A DNA stretch of 64,000 nucleotides from positions 26,487-90,486 of the forward strand of contig JACRDA010000497.1 in assembly GCA_016212965.1 (NCBI GenBank), written 5' to 3'. Each line of letters begins with the position of its first letter. Position 1 is the stretch's first letter. This document shows positions 54,485-62,801 of this stretch, one piece after another. Below the pieces are notes generated by a model. The model made no database searches. It worked only from the letters and a program-made list of their open reading frames with translations, and was not told the DNA's origin. This DNA comes from Myxococcales bacterium. GTDB taxonomy: Bacteria; Myxococcota_A; Polyangia; Polyangiales; Polyangiaceae. Position numbers and translations under genes: made by a program.

Positions 54485-54501
54485 TGGCATGCGGCCTGCT
54501 T
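54485..54501 (+). promoter_or_regulatory. Candidate sigma-54 (-24/-12) promoter upstream of the Gly-rich lipoprotein pair
   Basis: The site is TGGCAT-gcggc-CTGCTT. GG at 54486-87 and GC at 54498-99 are separated by exactly 10 nt, against the consensus TGGCAC-N5-TTGCW. It lies ~45 nt upstream of ATG 54545 and just downstream of an unusually AT-rich patch. Confidence 0.3.
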
Positions 54502-54544
54502 ATCTCGCTGGGAGCTGCTACCTCTGCCACCCAGGACGCACGCC

Positions 54545-54967
54545 ATGACCCTCCGCCAATCGAAGCCGCGCCCCCGTACCGCGATCACCGCCCCGAGCTA
54601 TCCCCGCGCGCTCGGGCTGGTCGCGCTCGGCATGTTGACCGCGTGTGCCGGAACGGTGCAGGTCGAGGGCGAGACGACCGCGTCCGACCCGATCGTGACG
54701 GGCAGCGGCGGTAGCGGCGCGGGCGGCTACGGCGTGGGCGGTGGGCTCGACGGCGGTATGCCCGAGCCCTTCGGCGGCTCCGGCGGAGCCGGCGCGACCG
54801 CGGGAGCGGGCGGCGCGGGCGCGAGCGCCGGGGCGGGCGGCGTCGGCGCGGGTGGCTACGGCGACGGCGGCTACGGCTACGGCGGTGGCCTCGACGGTGG
54901 CATCGGCGAGTCTTTCGGCGGAGCCGGCGGCGCGGGTGCGGCGGGTGGAGCCGGAGGCGCGCCATGA
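54545..54967 (+). CDS. Gly-rich lipoprotein (copy 1 of a tandem pair)
   Basis: This is the real part of ORF 54152..54967, starting at ATG 54545. It begins MTLRQSKPRPRTAITAPSYPRALGLVALGMLTAC (lipobox), followed by TVQVEGETT and G/A-rich tracts containing two (E)PFGG(S/A)GGAG motifs. Confidence 0.6.
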   Translation: MTLRQSKPRPRTAITAPSYPRALGLVALGMLTACAGTVQVEGETTASDPIVTGSGGSGAGGYGVGGGLDGGMPEPFGGSGGAGATAGAGGAGASAGAGGVGAGGYGDGGYGYGGGLDGGIGESFGGAGGAGAAGGAGGAP

Positions 54968-55362
54968 CCCTGCGCCAGGCGAAGCCGCGGCCGCGGACCG
55001 AGATCGTCGTTCCGCGCTATCCCCGCGCCCTCGGGCTGGTGGCGCTCGGCATGCTGACCGCGTGCGCCGCGACGGTGCAGGTCGAGGGCGAGACCACGAG
55101 CTCGACCGACACGGGCACCGGCGCGAGCGGTCCCGCGGGGGGCATCGCCGAGCCGTTCGGCGGCTCCGGCGGCGGCGGCGCGAGCGCGACCGCGGGAGCG
55201 GGAGGTGCGGGTGCGGGTGGCGCGGGCGCGAGCGCCGGAGCGGGCGGCGTCGGCACGGGTGGCTACGGCTACGGTGGCGGGCCCGACGGCGACATCGGCG
55301 AGCCCTTCGGCGGAGCGGGCGGAGCGGGCGCGAGCGGCGGAGCGGGCGGCGCCGCGCCGTGA
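54964..55362 (+). CDS. Gly-rich lipoprotein (copy 2 of a tandem pair)
   Basis: ORF 54964..55362. The ATG overlaps the stop of copy 1 (ATGA). It begins MTLRQAKPRPRTEIVVPRYPRALGLVALGMLTAC, and its first ~130 nt are visibly very similar to copy 1. Confidence 0.6.
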   Translation: MTLRQAKPRPRTEIVVPRYPRALGLVALGMLTACAATVQVEGETTSSTDTGTGASGPAGGIAEPFGGSGGGGASATAGAGGAGAGGAGASAGAGGVGTGGYGYGGGPDGDIGEPFGGAGGAGASGGAGGAAP

Positions 55363-55370
55363 GAGCCTGA

Positions 55371-56789
55371 CTACGGCACGAGCCGCACGACGAGGTCGTA
55401 CGGCTTGTGCGCCGTCTGGAACCAGCTCGAGGCGAAGACCTCGACGAGGTAGCTCGTGCTCGCGGCGACGGCGCCGCTCGTGAGCTCGTCGAGGTAGGCG
55501 GCATCGTCGCTCGGACCGGCGAAGAGGTTCTGTCCGTTGGCGGACCAGATGGCCACGACGGTGTCCGTGTAACGGTCCATGCCGACGGTCTGGACGCGCA
55601 GCTTCAGACCCGCGTCGCCCGCGCCGGTCGTGACGCGGAAGTAGTCGTGGTCGTCGACGTTCTGCAGGGTCGCGCCGCGGACCACGTGCGGCAGCGACGC
55701 GAGCACGTCCGGCGTCGTCGGGTTGCCGTTCGGGACGTCCGCCTCGACGCTGCCGGCCGCGCTCGTCTCGGCGAGGGCGAGACCCGCCGTGTAGCCGGCG
55801 ACGCCGCCGCCGTCGACGAAGAGGGCGTAGTAGGGGTCGGTGGAGTCGATGGCCATCGTCATGGCCGGGGCGTAGCTGAAGAAGTCGAGCACCTTGCCGC
55901 TCATGGGCAGAAAGTAGGCGGCCGGCGTGGCGTCCGTCGCCGGGGTCGCGCTCGCCGTGAAGTCCACGATGCGCAGGCCCGCCGTCGGCGTGTAGCCGAA
56001 GAGCACGCTGTCGCCGACCTCGGCGAGCGTCGCGGAGCCGGGGGTCGCCGGCGTGACGGCGATGGGCGCCCGCGCCGCGAGCTCGCGGGCGGCCGGGGCG
56101 GGGAACGAGACGGTGCTGCCCGCGGGACCGCTCTCGATCGTGAGGTCGAGCGGCCCGGGGGTGGCCCCGACGTCGGGCAGGAGCAGGTAGTCGATCTCGT
56201 ACTCGCCGACGCTGTTCAGCTGCACGTCCACACCGTCGAGCACGGGCAGCGCGATGTTCGTGTAGACGATGGGCGTGAAGAAGCCGTCGCCCGTGTAGGT
56301 CGCGTCGAAGGGCGTCGCGAAGTCGAGGTTGCGCGCCTTGACGGCGATGAGGCTACCCTGCGCCAGGCTGCCCGACGCGGTGATGTGGAGCGGCGAGCCG
56401 ACGTCGAACACGCCGGCGAGCACTTGCGGGGCGCCCGAGCCGTCCGTGACCGTGATGTCGCGCGCGCCGACGGGCGCGTCGGGCGCGATGGCGAGCGTGA
56501 CCTCGAGCGCGGTCGGGCTCGCGACCGACACCGCCGTCACGTCGATGCCGGCGCCGAAGTCGACGGTCGTCGCATCGCTCCAGCTCGTCGCGTAGCCGCT
56601 CACGAGCACGTCGAGCGTGCGCCCGAGGAACGCGGCTGTCGGCGCGACGCCGCTCACGCTCGGCGTCCCGTTCGCGGAAGCGCCCGGGGCGCCCGCCTCG
56701 CCCGGATCGCCCTTGCAGCCGGGCAGGCCCGCGGCGCCGAGCGCCGCCACCAGGTAGAGGAGGGACCGGTTCTTCGCGAAGGCTCGCAT
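55371..56789 (-). CDS. Lipoprotein with an IPT/TIG-like N-terminal domain and a pre-peptidase C-terminal (PPC)-like domain
   Basis: This is the real part of ORF 55371..57215(-), starting at ATG 56789. It begins MRAFAKNRSLLYLVAALGAAGLPGC (lipobox). The C-terminus (...NVDDHDYFRVTTGAGDAGLKLRVQTVG...DTVVAIWSANG...YLVEVFASS) resembles PPC domains. Confidence 0.6.
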   Translation of the reverse strand: MRAFAKNRSLLYLVAALGAAGLPGCKGDPGEAGAPGASANGTPSVSGVAPTAAFLGRTLDVLVSGYATSWSDATTVDFGAGIDVTAVSVASPTALEVTLAIAPDAPVGARDITVTDGSGAPQVLAGVFDVGSPLHITASGSLAQGSLIAVKARNLDFATPFDATYTGDGFFTPIVYTNIALPVLDGVDVQLNSVGEYEIDYLLLPDVGATPGPLDLTIESGPAGSTVSFPAPAARELAARAPIAVTPATPGSATLAEVGDSVLFGYTPTAGLRIVDFTASATPATDATPAAYFLPMSGKVLDFFSYAPAMTMAIDSTDPYYALFVDGGGVAGYTAGLALAETSAAGSVEADVPNGNPTTPDVLASLPHVVRGATLQNVDDHDYFRVTTGAGDAGLKLRVQTVGMDRYTDTVVAIWSANGQNLFAGPSDDAAYLDELTSGAVAASTSYLVEVFASSWFQTAHKPYDLVVRLVP

Positions 56790-56895
56790 GGCCACGAGCC
56801 TACACCGTCCACCGCGGCGCCGGACAGCCGCGCGCGCCGCCGCAACCGCCCCGCGTCGTGTATCATCGCCGTGTTCCCTTTTCGCGGAGGTTCCC

Positions 56896-58860
56896 ATGGG
56901 TCGCGCCACGGCTTTTCTTGGTCTCGGAGGCGTGCTCCTCGGCGCGCTCGCGCTCGTCGACTGCGACGACGGCGGTGAGGTCGTCGAGACGCCGACCGGC
57001 ACGACGACCGGCACGGGTGGCAGCGGCACCGGCGGTGGCGCCGGCGGCGGGATCGGCGGCTTCAACGTCGGCAACTCCGGCGGCTCGGCGGGAGAGGTGA
57101 ACGGCGGCGGGGGGCAGGGCGGCGGCCCCGGGCCGGCGTGCGGCGACGCGGCGATCGATCCGGGCGAGCAGTGCGACGACGCCAACACCGCGTCGGGCGA
57201 CGGCTGCAGTGGCAACTGCCAGGTCGAGAGCGGCTACGCTTGCCCGGTACCCGGCGCGCCGTGCGTGTACACGGTCGTGTGTGGCGACCACGTCATCAAC
57301 GGCGCCGAGACTTGCGACGACGGCAACGCGACCCCGCTCGACGGCTGCGATGCGAGCTGCCACGTGGAGCTCGGCTGGCAGTGCCTGAGCCCGGGCGTGG
57401 CCTGCATCGCCGCGGCGTGCGGCGACTCCCTCGTGGCGGGCCAGGAGCAGTGCGACGACGGCAACGGCGGTGGCGGCGACGGCTGCAGCGCGACCTGCCA
57501 GCTCGAGGCGGGCTTCAAGTGCCCGACGCCCGGCCAGCCGTGCGTGCCCACGGTGTGCGGCGACGGCCTCGCCGAGGGCACCGAGCAGTGCGACGACGGG
57601 GACCACGACATGGGGGACGGCTGCTCGCCCTTCTGCGTGAAGGAGCCCGACTGCACGCAGGGCGCGTGCACCTCGGCGTGCGGCGACGGCATCAAGCTCC
57701 CGAACGGCCCGGAGGCGTGCGACGACGGCAACACGAAGAGCGGCGACGGCTGCAGCGCGACCTGCGAGCTCGAGCCGGGCTACGCGTGCATCGACGCGCT
57801 CTTCGACCCGGATCCGCTCCTCTTGCCCATCGTTCTCCGCGACTTCCAGGTCGCCCACCCCGATTTCGAGGGCCCGTGCTGCGGCGTCGACAACGGCATC
57901 ACGACCGGCCTGCTCGGCCTCGACGGCAAGCCGGTCTACGCCAACCCGGGCGGCACCACGCCGATGACCACGGGCCAGGCGAACTTCGACGAGTGGTATC
58001 GCGACGTCGCCGGCGTGAACCTGACCCTGCTGCAGACGCTGTCGCTCGCCAAGCAGGGCAACGGCTCCTACCGCTACTCGAACGGCAGCTTCTTCCCCGT
58101 CGACAACCAGGGCTTCGGCAACGAGGGCAACGCCCACAACTTCCACTTCACGAGCGAGGTCCGGTACTGGTTCGCGTACCAGGGCGGCGAGTCCCTGCAG
58201 TTCACGGGCGACGACGACGTCTGGGTGTACGTGAACAAGCAGAAGGCGGTCGATCTCGGCGGCGTGCACGGCGCGCTCTCGGCGGGGGTCGTGCTCGACG
58301 CCGCCGCGGCCGCGACCTACGGCCTCGCGGTCGGCGGCATCTACGAGATCGTGGTGTGGCAGGCCGAGCGGCACACGACGCAGTCGAGCTACACGCTGAC
58401 GCTCGGGCAGTTCACCCACTACAAGACGGGCTGTCAGAGCGTGTGCGGCAACGGCGTCAAGACGCCCGACGAGGCGTGCGACGACGGCGTCAACGACGGC
58501 AGCTACGGCGGCTGCAACCCGGACTGCACGCTCGCGCCGTACTGCGGCGACGCCGCGGTGCAGGTGCAGTTCGGCGAGGAGTGCGACGACGGCGCGAACC
58601 TGAGCCCCTACGGCGGCTGCGCGCCCGGCTGCGTGCTCGGGCACTTCTGCGGCGACGGCATCGTCGACGGGCTCTTCGGCGAGGCGTGCGACGATGGCAT
58701 CAACGTCGGCGGCTACGGCGAGTGCGAGCCCGATTGCTCGCTCGGCCCGCGCTGCGGCGACGGCGTCGTCCAGACGACCTTCGGCGAGCAGTGCGACGAC
58801 GGCAACACGACCAGCAACGACGGCTGCGACGCCGTCTGCCACGCCGAGGTGCCGCAGTGA
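56896..58860 (+). CDS. Secreted protein: Myxococcus-type Cys-rich repeats (CGDG..GE.CDDGN...GDGCS..C) flanking a fibro-slime / PA14-like domain
   Basis: This is the real part of ORF 56788..58860. ATG at 56896 is preceded by GGAGG with a 5-nt spacer. The signal peptide is MGRATAFLGLGGVLLGALALVDC. There are six repeats N-terminal and four to five C-terminal. The central domain is FFPVDNQGFGNEGNAHNFHFTSEVRYWFAYQGGESLQFTGDDDVWVYVNKQKAVDLGGVH. Confidence 0.75.
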   Translation: MGRATAFLGLGGVLLGALALVDCDDGGEVVETPTGTTTGTGGSGTGGGAGGGIGGFNVGNSGGSAGEVNGGGGQGGGPGPACGDAAIDPGEQCDDANTASGDGCSGNCQVESGYACPVPGAPCVYTVVCGDHVINGAETCDDGNATPLDGCDASCHVELGWQCLSPGVACIAAACGDSLVAGQEQCDDGNGGGGDGCSATCQLEAGFKCPTPGQPCVPTVCGDGLAEGTEQCDDGDHDMGDGCSPFCVKEPDCTQGACTSACGDGIKLPNGPEACDDGNTKSGDGCSATCELEPGYACIDALFDPDPLLLPIVLRDFQVAHPDFEGPCCGVDNGITTGLLGLDGKPVYANPGGTTPMTTGQANFDEWYRDVAGVNLTLLQTLSLAKQGNGSYRYSNGSFFPVDNQGFGNEGNAHNFHFTSEVRYWFAYQGGESLQFTGDDDVWVYVNKQKAVDLGGVHGALSAGVVLDAAAAATYGLAVGGIYEIVVWQAERHTTQSSYTLTLGQFTHYKTGCQSVCGNGVKTPDEACDDGVNDGSYGGCNPDCTLAPYCGDAAVQVQFGEECDDGANLSPYGGCAPGCVLGHFCGDGIVDGLFGEACDDGINVGGYGECEPDCSLGPRCGDGVVQTTFGEQCDDGNTTSNDGCDAVCHAEVPQ

Positions 58861-58914
58861 GGGGAGCCGGCGACCCCTTCGCGCGCGCGCGAAAACGGGG
58901 CTAGGCTTGCCGCC

Positions 58915-59388
58915 ATGCAGAGCGATACCGAAGAGCCCGGCACCGCGCAGCTCGTGTGTCCCCGTGACGGAGCCCCGCTCCGCGTCGAGAAGTACGAGGC
59001 CAACATCGAGGTCGACGCCTGCCCGGCGTGCCGCGGCATGTGGCTCGACAAGGGCGAGCTCCTTGCCATCGAGCGCTCGAGCGAGAACGACTACGGCAAG
59101 GCCCTCGAGGAGCGCGCCGGCACCGAGCCGCGGCGCATCGCGGACCTCGAGCAGGAGTCCCGGCGCGGGCCCATTGCCTGCCCGAAGTGCGGCGGGCCCG
59201 CCGAGGCGCGCGAGTACGGCATGGCCTCGCGCGTCACCATCGACACCTGCGTCGACGGCTGCGGCGTGTGGCTCGACGCGGGCGAGATCCAGGAGCTCGA
59301 GGAGTTCTTCGAGCGCAACCGCGGCAACGTGACCCTGCCGTTGCGCTGGCGCCTGTGGGCGAGCGTGCTCAGGGTGCTGAAGCGCTGA
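58915..59388 (+). CDS. Zinc-ribbon protein with two CPxC...W(L/F)D.GE(L/I) units (zf-TFIIB-like family)
   Basis: ORF 58915..59388. Unit 1 is CPRDGAPL...CPACRGMWLDKGELLAIE. Unit 2 is CPKCGGPA...CVDGCGVWLDAGEIQELE. Confidence 0.7.
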   Translation: MQSDTEEPGTAQLVCPRDGAPLRVEKYEANIEVDACPACRGMWLDKGELLAIERSSENDYGKALEERAGTEPRRIADLEQESRRGPIACPKCGGPAEAREYGMASRVTIDTCVDGCGVWLDAGEIQELEEFFERNRGNVTLPLRWRLWASVLRVLKR

Positions 59389-59418
59389 CGCGCGCCCCAC
59401 CGGACGCAGAGCCACTCC

Positions 59419-60921
59419 ATGTCGGCCTACGGCGATTGGGAGCCCGTCATCGGGCTCGAGGTGCACGCCCAGCTCTTCACGGAGACGAAGCTCTTCTGCG
59501 GCTGCGCCACGAGCTTCGGCGACCCTCCGAACACCCACACCTGCGCGGTGTGTCTGGGCCTGCCGGGGGCGCTGCCGGTCCTCAACGGCGAGGCCCTGCG
59601 CCTGGCCGTCACCGTGGGTCTCGCGCTCGGCTGCCGCATCGCCCGGCGCAGCATCTTCGCGCGCAAGAACTACTTCTACCCGGATCTGCCGAAGGGCTAC
59701 CAGATCAGCCAGTACGAGGAGCCGCTCTGCCTCGACGGCGCGCTCGAGATCGAGGGCGACGGCGGCCCGAAGCGCGTGCGCATCCGGCGCGCCCACGTCG
59801 AGGAGGACGCCGGCAAGAACCTGCACGGCGCGTCCGCGCTCGCCCTGGCCGGCGGCGCGGCGGACGGCGCGGAGTCGATCGTCGACCTCAACCGCGCCGG
59901 CACGCCGCTCGTCGAGATCGTGAGCGAGCCCGACCTCCGGAGCCCTGCCGAGGCGCGCGACTACCTGAAGCGCCTGCGCGAGCTCTGCGTCTTCGTGGGG
60001 GTCAACGACGGCAACCTCGAACAGGGCAGCTTCCGCGCGGACGCCAACGTGTCGGTGCGCCGCCGCGGCGACGAGGCGCTCGGCACGCGCGTCGAGCTCA
60101 AGAACCTGAACTCCTTCCGCTTCGTCGAGGACGCCATCGACGGCGAGGTGCGCCGCCAGATCGCGCTCCGCGAGCGTGGCGAGGCGGTGCGCCTAGAGAC
60201 GCGCGGCTACGCCGCCGACAAGAAGCAGAGCTACCTCCTGCGCGACAAGGAGGGCGACGCCGGCTACCGCTATTTCCCGGAGCCCGATCTGCCGCCGCTG
60301 TCGGTGGACGAGCTCTTCGTGGCCCAGGTGCAGGCCACGCTGCCCGAGCTGCCCGACCGCAAGCGCGCGCGCTTCGTCGAGGAGTACGGCCTCACGCCGC
60401 AGGCCGCGGCGGTGATGACCGGCCACCCGCGCCTCGCGGCGTTCTTCGAGGAGGCCGTGCTCTCGGGCGGCAGTCACGCCGAGCTCGAGGGCAACGCGGT
60501 CGCGACCGCGAACTTCATCCAGAGCGAGGTCCTGCGCGCCGCCGTCTTCGAGGGCCTCGACGCGCGCCTGCCCGTGACCGCGCGCCAGGTTGCGGACCTG
60601 CTCCGCCTCGTCGCGGACCACCGCATCAGTGGCAAGCAGGCCAAGGAAGTGTACGCGGCTCTCTGCGGCACCGACCGCACGGCCGAGTCCGTCGTGACCG
60701 AGCGCGGCCTGGAGGTCGTGGGCGACCGCGGGGCGCTCGAGAAGCTCGCGCGCGAGCGCGGGCGCGAGCACGCCGGGCAGGCCGACAAGTACCGGAAGGG
60801 CAAGACGGCTCTGCTCGGCTTCTTCGTCGGGCAGCTCATGAAGCAGACGCGCGGCAGCGCCGACCCGGCGCTCGCCAACGAGGTCGTCAAGGCGTGTCTA
60901 GACGAGCCGCCGGGGGACTGA
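59419..60921 (+). CDS. gatB: Asp-tRNA(Asn)/Glu-tRNA(Gln) amidotransferase subunit B
   Basis: ORF 59419..60921. It carries canonical GatB blocks: WEPVIGLEVHAQL, KLFCGC, CAVCLGLPGALPVLN, FARKNYFYPDLPKGYQISQY, EEDAGK, DLNRAGTPLVEIVSEPD, RADANVSVR, ELKNLNSFRF, YRYFPEPDLPP, and a C-terminal YqeY-like tail. Confidence 0.95.
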   Translation: MSAYGDWEPVIGLEVHAQLFTETKLFCGCATSFGDPPNTHTCAVCLGLPGALPVLNGEALRLAVTVGLALGCRIARRSIFARKNYFYPDLPKGYQISQYEEPLCLDGALEIEGDGGPKRVRIRRAHVEEDAGKNLHGASALALAGGAADGAESIVDLNRAGTPLVEIVSEPDLRSPAEARDYLKRLRELCVFVGVNDGNLEQGSFRADANVSVRRRGDEALGTRVELKNLNSFRFVEDAIDGEVRRQIALRERGEAVRLETRGYAADKKQSYLLRDKEGDAGYRYFPEPDLPPLSVDELFVAQVQATLPELPDRKRARFVEEYGLTPQAAAVMTGHPRLAAFFEEAVLSGGSHAELEGNAVATANFIQSEVLRAAVFEGLDARLPVTARQVADLLRLVADHRISGKQAKEVYAALCGTDRTAESVVTERGLEVVGDRGALEKLARERGREHAGQADKYRKGKTALLGFFVGQLMKQTRGSADPALANEVVKACLDEPPGD

Positions 60922-60928
60922 CGCCAAG

Positions 60929-61813
60929 ATGAACCGCCCTCCGGACCTCGCGGCCGAGCTCAGGCTCGCGGCGCGCAGCGCGGCCGCGCTCGCGACGACT
61001 CTCGCGCTCTGGGGCGCGCTCGACGTCGAGACCGCCGCGCGCGCGCTCGTGCGGGCTCGTGCGCTCCCCGGTCCGGCGCCCGCCCCCTCCGAGCCCGCGG
61101 CCACGCCCGAGCCGTGGCGGCGCATCCTCACCGAGGCGCGCACCGGGCGCTGGGCGCGCCTGCTCTGCCGCATGCTCGGCGTGCACGTGTCGGGCGGCGG
61201 CCCCTTCGTCGAGCACGGCGTGCGCTACCCCGCCACCGGCCCCGGCGGTGTCGGCCGGCTGTTCGTCATGAACCACCGCTCCGGGCTCGACATCCTCGTG
61301 TGCCTCGCCGCGCTCGAGGCGAGCCTCGTCAGCCGCGCCGATCTCGGCGACTGGCCCGTGGTCGGGCGCGGGGCGCGGCGCATCGGCACCTTGTTCGTCG
61401 ACCGCGACGACGCCCACAGCGGCCTCGCCGTCCTGTCCGACATCTCCCAGCGGCTGCGCTCCGGGCGCGCGGTCGTCATCTTTCCGGAGGGCACGGCCTT
61501 CGACGGCGACCTCGTACGCCCCTTCAAGCCGGGGGCTTTCCTCGCGGCGCGCCGCACGAAGAGCGAGGTCGTGCCGCTCGGCATCGCCTACCGCGAGCGC
61601 GAGGTGGTGTTCGGCGACGAGGGCTTCGTCTCGCACATGCGGCGCGTCGTCGGCCTGCCGGCGGTGCACCTCGCGCTCGAGGCGGGCGAGCCGCTCGACG
61701 TCGGCACGGGCCGCGCAGCCGAGGTCGCCGAGCGCGCGCGCGCCCGCGTCCAGGCACTGGTCGAGCGCGCCCGTGCCCGCGTCGGCCTTGGCGCCGGGCC
61801 CGGGCCCGGATAG
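60929..61813 (+). CDS. 1-acyl-sn-glycerol-3-phosphate acyltransferase family (PlsC-like) protein
   Basis: ORF 60929..61813. The HX4D box is VMNHRSGLDI, followed by FVDR and IFPEGT motifs. Confidence 0.8.
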   Translation: MNRPPDLAAELRLAARSAAALATTLALWGALDVETAARALVRARALPGPAPAPSEPAATPEPWRRILTEARTGRWARLLCRMLGVHVSGGGPFVEHGVRYPATGPGGVGRLFVMNHRSGLDILVCLAALEASLVSRADLGDWPVVGRGARRIGTLFVDRDDAHSGLAVLSDISQRLRSGRAVVIFPEGTAFDGDLVRPFKPGAFLAARRTKSEVVPLGIAYREREVVFGDEGFVSHMRRVVGLPAVHLALEAGEPLDVGTGRAAEVAERARARVQALVERARARVGLGAGPGPG

Positions 61814-61822
61814 CGTCGGGCC

Positions 61823-62776
61823 ATGAAGCTCGACGGCCTGGCGCAACGGCTCGCAGATCGTGGTCGCATCGGCTTGAGTGCCCCGCTCGCCGACAAGCTC
61901 GGCATCGGGACCACCGAGCAGCTCCGGGCGCGGCTCATGGCCGAGGCGGAGGACGATCGCGGCCACCTCGGCGTGTATTTCCTGGCCTGCTACGTGGTCG
62001 ACGACACGGACTTCTGGGGCGACGGCGAGATCTACTGGTGGAGCATTCCGGCGCTCGTGGACGACGCGGGCCGCGTGGAGAAGGATGCCGTGCACGGCCT
62101 GCCCACCGGCGCGCCGCCGCACAAGTGCGGCGACCACGAGTGGATGACGAACCTCTCGCTGCGCGAGCCGCCGCTGCTCGCCGTCATCCCGCCGGATGCG
62201 AGCGTGAGCGCGTGCAGCATCCGGCTCGGCCTCTACGACGACGACGGCGCCGCGGCGGACATGCCGACCGCGATGACGGCCGGCCTCGAGGCCTTCCTCG
62301 CGCTCGGCAAGGAGCCGCTCTCCGGTGCCTCGCAGCTCGTGACCCCGGTGCGCCAGGCCATCTGGGACAGTTTGAAGGCCGACGAGGACGACATCCTCAT
62401 CGAGCAAGATCTCGTGCTGCGCCGCGGCGAGGTGAGCCGCTTCGGCGTCGGCATGGTGGGCTCGGTCATGAACGCGATGGCGCGCGCCTACTACTTCGTG
62501 CGCGACGAGGCGCGCACGCAGCAGTTCGGCCCCATCACGCTGCACAAGGGCCAGAGCGAGATGGTGCGCTTCGACACGCCCTTGAAGGCGCCCGGCAAGA
62601 TCGCGATCTTCGCGCGCGGTGCCGACGTGAGCTGCCCGGCCTTCGGCGATCTGTCGACCGACATGGCGTTCATCAACCGCGTGCTCGAGCCCCGGCAGGA
62701 GCCGAGCCTCGCGACCGGCTTCCCGGTCGTGGGCACCGGCCCCGCGAAGCTCATCGCGTTCTACACGCCGGGCTGA
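61823..62776 (+). CDS. Hypothetical cytoplasmic protein (no family recognised)
   Basis: ORF 61823..62776 with an ATG start. Its composition is balanced and unlike the artefact ORFs (MKLDGLAQRLADRGRIGLSAPLADKLGIGTTEQLRARLMAEAEDD...). GC3 is high. Confidence 0.6.
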   Translation: MKLDGLAQRLADRGRIGLSAPLADKLGIGTTEQLRARLMAEAEDDRGHLGVYFLACYVVDDTDFWGDGEIYWWSIPALVDDAGRVEKDAVHGLPTGAPPHKCGDHEWMTNLSLREPPLLAVIPPDASVSACSIRLGLYDDDGAAADMPTAMTAGLEAFLALGKEPLSGASQLVTPVRQAIWDSLKADEDDILIEQDLVLRRGEVSRFGVGMVGSVMNAMARAYYFVRDEARTQQFGPITLHKGQSEMVRFDTPLKAPGKIAIFARGADVSCPAFGDLSTDMAFINRVLEPRQEPSLATGFPVVGTGPAKLIAFYTPG

Positions 62777-62801
62777 TCCGGTCTCGCAGGCAGCGCCCGA
62801 C

